Origin: a virus
Lineage: Duplodnaviria; Caudoviricetes
Reading direction: 5' to 3' (one strand)
Length of the DNA stretch: 32,179 bases
Virus record (IMG/VR): IMGVR_UViG_3300037851_000117
Span: 1 to 32,179 of that record
Under the pieces are notes generated by a model. It was not told the DNA's origin. It ran no database searches and saw only the letters and a list, made by a program, of their open reading frames with translations. The position numbers were made by a program, and so were the translations under genes. Shown in pieces: positions 1 to 7,195 of the stretch. How positions within the stretch are numbered: position 1 is the stretch's first letter; every line of letters starts with the position of its first letter.

Positions 1-130
1 ACGATCGCCCGGCCCCACGCCGAGGTCTCGGCGTTCATGAGCTCGCTGTTGCGGGTGAACGGAGTCAGGCCGGGGAACGGCTCCCACGCCGTACCGATGC
101 CGGGGCGCGCGTCGTCAGCGGTGCGGAAGG
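1..130. repeat. Left copy of terminal direct overlap (assembly circularisation)
   Basis: 1-130 equals 32050-32179 except position 127 (a) vs 32176 (t). Confidence 0.95.
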
Positions 131-302
131 CGGCGGCCTTGTAGACGATGAAACACCGGTGCTCGTCGCCTACCTGGATGTACTCGAGCGCGTAGGGTTC
201 CTCGGGGTTGACGGGTTGCAAACTCCCATCGGGGTGTTTGTCGCGAAAAGCCCGGATGCGGTCGCGCACCTCGACGTAGCCGCCAAGCGGGGACTCACTC
301 AT
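1..302 (-). CDS. Sak/Rad52-like single-strand annealing protein, 5' part (continues across the junction to 31773; ~192 aa in total)
   Basis: Manual translation from ATG 302: MSESPLGGYVEVRDRIRAFRDKHPDG...ELMNAETSAWGRAIVAA. The YVEVxDRI and NAETSAxGRA motifs are typical of Rad52-like phage SSAPs. Confidence 0.7.
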   Translation of the reverse strand, partial: MSESPLGGYVEVRDRIRAFRDKHPDGSLQPVNPEEPYALEYIQVGDEHRCFIVYKAAAFRTADDARPGIGTAWEPFPGLTPFTRNSELMNAETSAWGRAI

Positions 303-1506
303 CATCATCACCCGCCAGGGACTCCTTGAGTTCTGCGAGCTCGGCCGTCTCGATCGCGGTGAGCTCGTAGCCGCACCCCTGGAGCGCCTCGAGATAGCGG
401 ACGACGTAGGGGCCGAGGAGCTCGATGTAGTAGCTGCTGCTGTTGCCCCGGAACAGCAAACCCACGCGTGCATCGGCGAGAGAGAGAATCGCGGCGTAGA
501 TGCGGCTCAGGAAGCCCTTGACGCCCTCGAGGTCCTCGTGGATGTCGACGGCCTGGGCGCGGGTGCCTCCCTCCCACATCTCGACCGCGAGGTCCCGCAG
601 CCCGTTCGACGGGGACACGCTCTCGCCTGCGAGATAGTCGGCTACGAACCTGCGGCGCTGCTGCCCCGCGAGCTCGAGTTCGGCGTCGCGCTGGTCGCAC
701 TCGGCTCTCTCGGCGGCTCTCGCCTGTGCCTCTGCGTCTGCCTTGGCCGTGTCGAGTGCGGCGTACCAGACGATCTCGACGTTGGTGCTCCAGTCGTATG
801 ACACGATCACCGCGGCTACGGCTTCGTCGGGCTTCTCTGGGCCTCGGTCGAGGTAGAAGTAGTTCCCGGCCTGTTCGCGCTCGATGAGTGCGCAGCCGGC
901 CTTCTCGACCTCAACCTTCGCGGCCTCGACCTTCTTGGCGCGGAGGCGGTTGTCGCGGAACGCCCGTGCGATCGCGCGCCACTTCTCCTCGGGCGCGTTC
1001 AAGAGGGCATCGACCATGCCGGGGTCGTCGTCGAACTCCGCGATCGCCACGAGCCTATCGAGCGTGAGGTCCTCGCACGCGCACTCGTCGGCGACGACCT
1101 TGATGCCCCGGGCGGCTTTCGAGACGGTGTCCTGGTCCACCCCGACGAGCGCGGCGGCCTCTAGCGGTCTGACTCCCGTGGCGAGCAGGAGCTGTGTGCC
1201 GCGGGACCGCTCGATCTCGCTCTCGGCGAAGTGCATGTTGGACGCGACCATCGCCTGCACGTCGTCGGTGTCCACGACGATGGCGTCTATCTCTTCGATG
1301 CCGAGAGACTTGATGGCGGCGTGCCGGTGGTGCCCCGCGTCGATGATGTAGATGTCGCCGTCGCGCCACACGCGGATCGGCTCGAGCTGTCCGGCGACGG
1401 CGATGTTGGCGGCGAGTGCTGCGACCGCCTCGGGCTTGACCTCTCGGTAGTGTCTCGGGTTGGGGTAGACGTCCTCCACCCGCAGGGTCGTGATAAGCTC
1501 TGTCAT
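295..1506 (-). CDS. ParB/Spo0J-like N-terminal domain protein (~403 aa)
   Basis: Start MTELITTLRVEDVYPNPRHYR with an AGGAGG RBS. GQLEPIRV...YIIDAGHHRHAAIKSLG resembles the ParBc box II region, followed by an HTH-like segment. No parA nearby. Confidence 0.8.
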   Translation of the reverse strand: MTELITTLRVEDVYPNPRHYREVKPEAVAALAANIAVAGQLEPIRVWRDGDIYIIDAGHHRHAAIKSLGIEEIDAIVVDTDDVQAMVASNMHFAESEIERSRGTQLLLATGVRPLEAAALVGVDQDTVSKAARGIKVVADECACEDLTLDRLVAIAEFDDDPGMVDALLNAPEEKWRAIARAFRDNRLRAKKVEAAKVEVEKAGCALIEREQAGNYFYLDRGPEKPDEAVAAVIVSYDWSTNVEIVWYAALDTAKADAEAQARAAERAECDQRDAELELAGQQRRRFVADYLAGESVSPSNGLRDLAVEMWEGGTRAQAVDIHEDLEGVKGFLSRIYAAILSLADARVGLLFRGNSSSYYIELLGPYVVRYLEALQGCGYELTAIETAELAELKESLAGDDDE

Positions 1507-1565
1507 GCCTGGGTGACCTCCTAGGTAGATGTAGGGACAGGCCGAGTGCCTGCCTCTTCTCTCAA

Positions 1566-1595
1566 GAGCCGTCGTGGGTGCAACCGCGGCGGCTC
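1566..1595. other. Hairpin downstream of the GGC-NN array
   Basis: gagccgtcgtgg-gtgcaa-ccgcggcggctc forms a 12-bp stem (two G-U pairs on +, two A-C mismatches on -). Confidence 0.6.
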
Positions 1596-1630
1596 GCCTT
1601 TCTCTCCGTGCTTCCTCCTTTCTTTGACCT

Positions 1631-1682
1631 CCGTGCCTGCCGCGCCATGCCACGCCATGCCCCGCCATGCCTGGCCTGCCAT
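1631..1682 (-). repeat. GGC-NN pentamer array (candidate guide-like ncRNA)
   Basis: Minus strand reads GGC A GGC CA GGC AT GGC GG GGC AT GGC GT GGC AT GGC GC GGC A GGC AC GG. Eight GGC at exact 5-nt period (gcc at 1639-1674 on +), bracketed by GGCAGGC at each end. Intergenic. Confidence 0.85.
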
Positions 1683-1686
1683 GTCT

Positions 1687-2103
1687 CTATGCGGTGAGCG
1701 AGAACACCTCTTGCATCAGCTCGGCGAAGACGGACTCGTGCGCCTGATATTTCGCCTTGAGGTCTGCCAGCTCACGCCGCATCTGCTCCCGCACCATATT
1801 CATGAGCGCGGGGTCGTTCTCGACCACGCTCATGGGCACGTATCGCCTGTCGTCCCGCGTCGAGCAGAACGCCCGTACCTCGACCTTGCGGGGTTTCGGA
1901 TGGTGCACCTCTCGCGTGATGTGGACGCTCCTGATGAGGCGTGCGACCTCCACGACGCGGTAGCGGCGTGCTGCCTCGGAGTCGTCCCATTCGAGGTATC
2001 CGTGCAGCGGGTGTTGCTCGTCTCGTGCGTCCTGCTCTATCTCCTCGGGATCGAGTCGGCCCTTGTCCCGATAGATGGCTTCCAGTGCCTCTTGTAGCGT
2101 CAT
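1687..2103 (-). CDS. Phage hypothetical protein, partner of the RAMP-like gene (138 aa)
   Basis: ATG overlaps the stop of 2100..2699 (ATGA). Motif HPLHGYLEWDDSEAARRYRVVEVARLIRSV. Confidence 0.8.
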   Translation of the reverse strand: MTLQEALEAIYRDKGRLDPEEIEQDARDEQHPLHGYLEWDDSEAARRYRVVEVARLIRSVHITREVHHPKPRKVEVRAFCSTRDDRRYVPMSVVENDPALMNMVREQMRRELADLKAKYQAHESVFAELMQEVFSLTA

Positions 2104-2699
2104 GTCGTCATCTCCGCTTCGACGACCCGGAACGTGCCGAACGTGCCGTCCTTCTCGGGTCGCCATTCGCCGATGCCGTTCATACCGGAAGCGTTGATGA
2201 TGTTGACGACCTGCTCGGCGGTCATCACCGACGAGATGTACCGGATCGTCAGCTTCGCCGACCACGGCCAGAACTCGGCGCGCCAGCGGGTGTCCATCGT
2301 GCCTGTTCCCTTCCCTTTACCGCCGACGCGCACGATGTCCTCGCGCATCTTCGGCTCTCCTATGATGGGGACGAGCTGGTCTACCCCCGACCCGCCGAAG
2401 AACGTGAGGGGCCGGAACTCGGTCATCTTGAAGCCGAAGAACGAGGCCGCACGAGTCGCCGCGAGCTTGAACGCAGTCGCCGGGAATCCTGGGGTGCCGT
2501 CTTCGAGGCGGTAGATGGCCGCCTCATACTCGGTCTGCGGGTCGGCGATCTCGCGCTTGGGCTTGGGGTTGAGCCCGAGCTTCTTGTCGTTGTGCTCCCT
2601 GATGGTCTTCTCCGACCACTTGTGCATGATCAGCGGAGACGTTCCCTCCACCGTCACGCAAATCGTCTCCGTGCCGAAGTCCTTCACTACGACCTTCAT
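2100..2699 (-). CDS. Stand-alone Cas7/RAMP-fold-like protein (199 aa)
   Basis: ICVTVEGTSPLIMH (RAMP beta1-like), PGFPATAFKLAATRAA (cf. Csm3/Cas7 PxIPGSSxKGxxR) and C-terminal Gly-rich loop GMNGIGEWRPEKDGTFGTFRVV. The fold call is by motif resemblance only. Confidence 0.65.
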   Translation of the reverse strand: MKVVVKDFGTETICVTVEGTSPLIMHKWSEKTIREHNDKKLGLNPKPKREIADPQTEYEAAIYRLEDGTPGFPATAFKLAATRAASFFGFKMTEFRPLTFFGGSGVDQLVPIIGEPKMREDIVRVGGKGKGTGTMDTRWRAEFWPWSAKLTIRYISSVMTAEQVVNIINASGMNGIGEWRPEKDGTFGTFRVVEAEMTT

Positions 2700-3102
2700 G
2701 TCTGCCTACTCTCTCTGCCTTGGTGCCTTTACTCTTGCGTGGGTTCGCTCCGTACTCCTCTCGCATGCGCTCCCGGGCCTTCTTGACCTGCCATATCTCG
2801 CGTTGGGCCTCCTCCCTAAGTCGCTCCTCCTCCTCGTCGTCGAGGATCCTTTGGTGTTCGAGCCGGAGCCGCGTCGTACACGCCTCACACCAGCCCGTCT
2901 GCGGGTCGATCCACCGTCGAGGCTTGGAACACAGGTCGCACCATTCGAGCTTCGCCAGGGGTGCGAGGTCGATGCCGAGGAGTGCCGCCATCTGACGCAC
3001 GTCGGCGCGGGCGCGCTTCTGTGCGAGCGCGATGGCCTCCTCGCCTTCCCCGGCCACCGCCATCTGCCGGAGCATGGCGATCTCGTCGGGCTCCCACGCC
3101 AT
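2524..3102 (-). CDS. Hypothetical protein with HTH-like N-terminus and CxxC...CxxC zinc finger
   Basis: MAWEPDEIAMLRQM..., WCDLC/WCEAC and a charged coiled coil. The 3' end overlaps the next gene by 176 nt, so the end is uncertain. Confidence 0.55.
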   Translation of the reverse strand: MAWEPDEIAMLRQMAVAGEGEEAIALAQKRARADVRQMAALLGIDLAPLAKLEWCDLCSKPRRWIDPQTGWCEACTTRLRLEHQRILDDEEEERLREEAQREIWQVKKARERMREEYGANPRKSKGTKAERVGRHEGRSEGLRHGDDLRDGGGNVSADHAQVVGEDHQGAQRQEARAQPQAQARDRRPADRV

Positions 3103-3104
3103 CG

Positions 3105-3449
3105 CTAATAGCTCCGAGGTGGCACGACACACCCATCCAGCTTCGAGGACGCCATCGGTATGGCGTGACGCAGCTCTGGATGCCACTCGCCGAGGATTCG
3201 GGAAAACGCGGCGCTGAACGCGTTCGGGAGCTTCACAGTGCGGGTGGCGTAACCCAGGTCGCGGTAGCGCAGCGACTCGATGTAGCTCTTGATGCGGACG
3301 CGACCGAAGTCCAGCGCGTCTCGCTGCGCCATGCCGACGAGGGCATCCCACGCCTCGGGGTTGGTCTCGATCCATGCGAGGGTGTCGGTCATGAGCTTGT
3401 CGGCGGGGATGGGCTTGAGTGAGCGGGTGTCGAGTTCGAGCTGCATCAT
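3105..3449 (-). CDS. Hypothetical protein
   Basis: 114-aa ORF tightly packed with its neighbours, with protein-like composition. Confidence 0.7.
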   Translation of the reverse strand: MMQLELDTRSLKPIPADKLMTDTLAWIETNPEAWDALVGMAQRDALDFGRVRIKSYIESLRYRDLGYATRTVKLPNAFSAAFSRILGEWHPELRHAIPMASSKLDGCVVPPRSY

Positions 3450-3631
3450 GTGGGGTCACCGCCGGTGATATCGCTGGGCTCCAACCACGACACGTGGGTC
3501 TCGCAGCTATCGGCGGCTTGGAGTCGGTCGAGCCAGTCCGCCACGTCCCCTAAGAGGAGCCGCGCCTGCTCTTTGTCGGTCAGGCCCGGCCAAAGAATCC
3601 TCCCGATCTCCCTGTACAGGTCGTCTCGCAT
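3446..3631 (-). CDS. Hypothetical protein
   Basis: MRDDLYREIGRILWPG... with a GGGGGGAAAG RBS-like run. Stop overlaps the next start. Confidence 0.6.
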   Translation of the reverse strand: MRDDLYREIGRILWPGLTDKEQARLLLGDVADWLDRLQAADSCETHVSWLEPSDITGGDPT

Positions 3632-3687
3632 ACTTTCCCCCCGTCCTATTGTGGCGATTCTCCAACGATTCCAGCATTTCGATAACG

Positions 3688-3876
3688 TCAGGGCGTAGAA
3701 AAACGCGCCGCCTCGTGCTCGATCCACTCGGCGAGCGCCGCCCGCGGTATCCGGATGCGGCCGCGATTCTTGGTCCAAAGGTGCGGCATGCCACGCTCAC
3801 ACCACTCGCGGATCGTCTGGTAACCGACACCCGCGATCTCGGCCGCTTCCTTCACTCCCACAGTCAGTGTCTCCAT
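3688..3876 (-). CDS. Excisionase-like / Cro-position HTH_17 DNA-binding protein
   Basis: LTVGVKEAAEIAGVGYQTIREWCERG...RIRIPRAALAEWI. First gene of the leftward early operon. Confidence 0.8.
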   Translation of the reverse strand: METLTVGVKEAAEIAGVGYQTIREWCERGMPHLWTKNRGRIRIPRAALAEWIEHEAARFSTP

Positions 3877-3906
3877 TACTCACCCCTTCCGCTTCTCGAC
3901 GAATCG

Positions 3907-3989
3907 TTGCAGAAATGCCTTAACGGGGGATACAATAATCCGTGTCACGACAGTTTGCAAGGGGGTAGACGACAATGATTTGCTATACT
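3907..3989. promoter_or_regulatory. Divergent sigma70-type promoters (genetic-switch region)
   Basis: Minus: TTGCAA-17nt-TATTGT (3960-3932). Plus: TTGCAG-18nt-TACAAT (3907-3936) and extended -10 TGCTATACT (3981-3989). AT-richer than the flanks. Confidence 0.55.
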
Positions 3990-4114
3990 CCACAACAGCA
4001 AACCGCGCGAGTCAGGAGCCGCCTGGTGCCTAGTGAGAAGCCTCTCATCGACGCCAAGAAGTTCGGGAGGCTGATCCGTGCAGCCCGCCACGCCGCGGGC
4101 TACGATCGAGCCGA

Positions 4115-4219
4115 TCAGCTAGCAGAGGCGATGACGAGGTTGGGGGTCGAGACGGCCCCCTCGCGACGATCCTCCGGCACCCCCGCCAGATCCGCCGCAC
4201 CTTCGTACCATCCATCCAT
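4115..4219 (-). pseudogene. 5' remnant of a minus-strand gene fused head-on to the repressor fragment
   Basis: AAAGGGGGTCACG-ATG then MDGWYEGAADLAGVPEDRREGAVS, running into repressor antisense and stopping after 34 aa. Confidence 0.4.
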
Positions 4220-4288
4220 CGTGACCCCCTTTGAGTCGAAGAACGCGAGTGTGGCACGCGGGTCTGACCAGAATCTTACCGACAGGAA

Positions 4289-4323
4289 TGCCCCGCCTCC
4301 CGGGGGTCGGAGGAGACGGGGCA
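4289..4323 (-). terminator. Intrinsic terminator-like hairpin after the lysis cassette
   Basis: Minus: TGCCCCGTCTCC...GGAGGCGGGGCA followed by TTCCTGT. Confidence 0.6.
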
Positions 4324-4411
4324 AGATTAAGATTCGGGGTCGTATCGTGTTAGTGATTAGTGCGCGTATCGACTCTTTCCGAACACCAGCCGCTCGCGTG
4401 GACGTAAACGG

Positions 4412-4621
4412 TCACTGAGGGGGGACCGTGCGGTTCATCCACACCGCCAATGCGCCGGCCCCGATGACGATGACACCGGACTGCCCGAACACGTAGTCAC
4501 GCCACGCGATCGCGCCGTCCATGCCGAAGTCCACGACAGCGGCGATGAACACGCCGCCGAACACCTGGACGAGCGTGCGCCATACCCTTGTGGCTTGTGG
4601 TGAGTCGAGCCAGTCTCGCAT
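4412..4621 (-). CDS. Holin-like small membrane protein
   Basis: 69 aa with two hydrophobic segments, AGGAGG RBS, downstream of the endolysin. Confidence 0.7.
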   Translation of the reverse strand: MRDWLDSPQATRVWRTLVQVFGGVFIAAVVDFGMDGAIAWRDYVFGQSGVIVIGAGALAVWMNRTVPPQ

Positions 4622-4630
4622 GATGTCCTC

Positions 4631-4945
4631 CTAACTGATGATGAGGCGCCAAAGTTCGCGCCCGAACCATTGGAGCCCGGGGATGATGAGCGCGGTCGTG
4701 ACGATGGCGCCGAGCCACTTGAGCACCCTCACGCTCGACTCCATCCGCTCGATCCTGTTGCCGAGGCGGAGCATATAGCCGTGATGGGGACAGGTCTGTT
4801 CGCGGGTGATCTCCGCCTTGGCTGTGGCGGTCAGCATCGACTCGAAGCTCGAGGAGAGCTTGGCGATGCTGATGGCCTGGTCGGTGAGGGCCGCGACTAT
4901 CTCGTCGAGCCGGGCGTGGATGCGTGTCGCGTCCCCGTCGGTCAC
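4631..4945 (-). CDS. Lysis-cassette membrane protein (coiled coil plus C-terminal TM)
   Basis: WLGAIVTTALIIPGL hydrophobic segment. Lies between endolysin and holin. Confidence 0.65.
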   Translation of the reverse strand: MTDGDATRIHARLDEIVAALTDQAISIAKLSSSFESMLTATAKAEITREQTCPHHGYMLRLGNRIERMESSVRVLKWLGAIVTTALIIPGLQWFGRELWRLIIS

Positions 4946-5694
4946 GACAGGGCCTCTCTCGCGTTCGCGATCCGCTCTTCCGCGGCCTCCAGGCGGGCCT
5001 TCAGTCGTAGGTAAGCCTCGCTCTCCGGGACATACTCGTCGCGCTTCGTAAGCGAGGTGTGAGCCCCGGTGACGGTCACGAGGCGCGCATACGGGTCGAC
5101 GTATCCGAGCCGGTCACACTCGGCCTCGATCGCCTTGGACTTCGCGTCATCGGCGTGGGCCACCACGAGCGTACCGTTCGCGATCGCCCTCACCCCCAGC
5201 GACCCGAAACACCACGAAGCGAACGCCGTCGCCGTCATCACGGTGGGACATACGATGATCTTGTAGAAGTACATGAGGGCGCTTCCTCCTACGTCAAGTG
5301 GCCAGGCGGACACGTTCAGGCACGCGCTCGCCGAGTCGATGATGCTTACGTGCATGTGGCTCGCGTGCGGATTGCTCCCGGTGTAGGCGCGCCACACGAA
5401 AGGCTGTACGGACGCTGAGAAGATTCTTCCTGCGTGGATGACGTACTTCACCCGGGGGTCTTTCGAGAGCCGAAGGTTCTCGGCGATGACGGCACAGTCG
5501 CAACCGTTCTTCGGGTCGTGCGTGAGGTCGACCGCGTGGTTGTAACCGGCAACGCCGATCTCGTGGTCGCTCGTCGGGTTCGCGGCGGTATGCGCGGCGG
5601 ACGGCACGATGCCATCCGAGGCCTTGCTGCGGTTCGGCCATAGTAAGGTCGCCTGGTCGAGCAGGGCCTTCGCTGCTGGTGCGGGGTTCGCCAT
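4942..5694 (-). CDS. Endolysin, M15-like zinc peptidase domain plus C-terminal domain
   Basis: WPNRSKASDG...SDH...AVDLT...KYVIHAGRI...NPHASHMHVS. AAGGAGGG RBS before ATG 5694. Confidence 0.75.
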   Translation of the reverse strand: MANPAPAAKALLDQATLLWPNRSKASDGIVPSAAHTAANPTSDHEIGVAGYNHAVDLTHDPKNGCDCAVIAENLRLSKDPRVKYVIHAGRIFSASVQPFVWRAYTGSNPHASHMHVSIIDSASACLNVSAWPLDVGGSALMYFYKIIVCPTVMTATAFASWCFGSLGVRAIANGTLVVAHADDAKSKAIEAECDRLGYVDPYARLVTVTGAHTSLTKRDEYVPESEAYLRLKARLEAAEERIANAREALS

Positions 5695-5715
5695 CGGTGA
5701 CCCTCCTTCGCTCCG

Positions 5716-5734
5716 ATGATGCGGCACCCGTCAC
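5716..5734 (-). promoter_or_regulatory. Putative late promoter motif GTGAC-N9-ATCAT (before endolysin)
   Basis: One of six equally spaced copies at gene boundaries. Confidence 0.6.
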
Positions 5735-7191
5735 GTCTGCCGCTTGGCGAGACGAGCGAGCAGGATGTCGAGGCGATAGGGGTCGTTGTCCATCTCGATG
5801 GTCGCCAGTGTGTCGCCCGCGCACGTGATCCGCTTGATGATGCAGTCCCGCTGGCCGTCCGGCAGCCCCATGACGCGCACCATCTTACCGGGGCGAAGGT
5901 CGGGCAGGTATGCCGGAGCCCCGGCGGCGGTGTAGACATTCCTGGTGACGACTCGGCCCTTCACCTGCTCGCGCCCGTTCTCCGAGAGGTAGATGCCGCC
6001 GTAGGTCGTGGCCGTGGTCGATGATGCGGACTGGAGCTGCAGGTCGCCGTAGCGCGTGATGCCGAGTGCGACGAGCGGGTGGCTCGTGTCCGTGTCCAGG
6101 ACGTCGGTGTAGGTCGAGCGGCCCTCCGCCGTCTGATAGCTCACTCGCACGGCGGACGCGAGCTCTTCGATGGAGCTCTCGTCGAGGTCGTGGCTCTCGG
6201 CTTCCTCGAGGCGGACGATATAGTCGGGGGTGGTCGACCGGGCTGTCCAGTGCGGCACGCAGTACGGGGTCCCGGACACCAGCTCCATGTACCAGCCGTA
6301 GTCAAAGGCCGCGTACTTCGCGAGCTCGAGCATCTTGCCGGCGGCAGAACACGAGGCGAACACGAGGGGCTCGACGGCAGTGGCCTGCGCCTCGAGCCAC
6401 GCGAGATATGCCGCGCCGCTCGGCAGGTGGTCCGTGGCGACCTCGTTGGCGAAGACGTCGTAGGCGACGTTGTAGGTGGTCGGGGATGTGACCCCCGCCA
6501 CGCCGTAGACCTTCAACCCCGACAGCGCAGGCGCGATGGTCGAGGACGGGGAGTAGTCGCTCGTGAGCTTGAGCACCAGCTTGATGGCGTTGTAGTCCGT
6601 CCCGCCTGACACGTCGATGTCCTGTGCGCCCGTGGTCGAGATCGTGGCTTTCGCGGTGCCGTACGAGGATCCGTCGCGCACGTACACGTCGACCCGGAAG
6701 TACGACGAAGGCCGCGAGAACCCGCCGATGGTGAACCGTAGCGACGTGGTGGACGGAATCTCACGCCAGATGCCCATGATGTTCCCGGTCTTGTATGAGC
6801 CGGGCTGTAACACGAACTGCAGCGTGGCGGAGTCGGTGCCGATCGAGGTCCCAGGGGCGTTCCCGGCCGCGTCGGACGAGGCCCAGGGGGTGAGCGCGGT
6901 GTCGCAATAGAGCGCTTCTCTCCGCCCCATGGTCGCGCTGTAGCCCCAACCGAGGGCTGTGAGGGGCTCGGCCTCACCCGGGCGTCTGGAGACGATGCCC
7001 TGCCACACGATGCCTGTCTCGCCGTGGATGCGCAGCCGCCCTCCCATGACGTTCAGGCGCTGCTCGTCGGACAGCTCGCAGTCGAGCGTGGCGGTCTCGT
7101 AGCCACCGGGAAGCGTGGAAGAGAACACCGGTTCCGAGTCGAGATCCAGCGCGTATTCCTCGCGGTCTACGGGTTTCACTGTGGCGATCAT
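5731..7191 (-). CDS. Minor tail protein (Tal/baseplate hub-like)
   Basis: Second gene after the tape measure. FSSTLPGGY N-terminus and DLRPGKMVRV C-terminus. Confidence 0.7.
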   Translation of the reverse strand: MIATVKPVDREEYALDLDSEPVFSSTLPGGYETATLDCELSDEQRLNVMGGRLRIHGETGIVWQGIVSRRPGEAEPLTALGWGYSATMGRREALYCDTALTPWASSDAAGNAPGTSIGTDSATLQFVLQPGSYKTGNIMGIWREIPSTTSLRFTIGGFSRPSSYFRVDVYVRDGSSYGTAKATISTTGAQDIDVSGGTDYNAIKLVLKLTSDYSPSSTIAPALSGLKVYGVAGVTSPTTYNVAYDVFANEVATDHLPSGAAYLAWLEAQATAVEPLVFASCSAAGKMLELAKYAAFDYGWYMELVSGTPYCVPHWTARSTTPDYIVRLEEAESHDLDESSIEELASAVRVSYQTAEGRSTYTDVLDTDTSHPLVALGITRYGDLQLQSASSTTATTYGGIYLSENGREQVKGRVVTRNVYTAAGAPAYLPDLRPGKMVRVMGLPDGQRDCIIKRITCAGDTLATIEMDNDPYRLDILLARLAKRQT

Positions 7192-7195
7192 CGGC

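Larger units (their letters stand above)
4026..4418 (+). pseudogene. Truncated XRE/CI-like repressor (N-terminal ~40 aa genuine, remainder probably read-through)
   Basis: AGGAG RBS, then GTG: PSEKPLIDAKKFGRLIRAARHAAGYDRADQLAEAMTRLGVET resembles XRE helices 1-2. It then degenerates into sequence antisense to another gene start and a terminator. Confidence 0.55.

Noticed and set aside
1507-1668. N-terminal 54-aa extension of the ParB ORF in the ORF track
   Set aside because: It is translated array and hairpin sequence. The strong RBS is at ATG 1506.
1631-1682. Canonical CRISPR array next to the Cas7-like gene
   Set aside because: No 23-47 bp repeats with unique spacers were seen here or elsewhere. 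The unit is 5 nt.
3944-3948. Additional GTGAC late-promoter copy
   Set aside because: No ANNNT at the 9-nt spacing. It sits in the spacer of a sigma70-like promoter.
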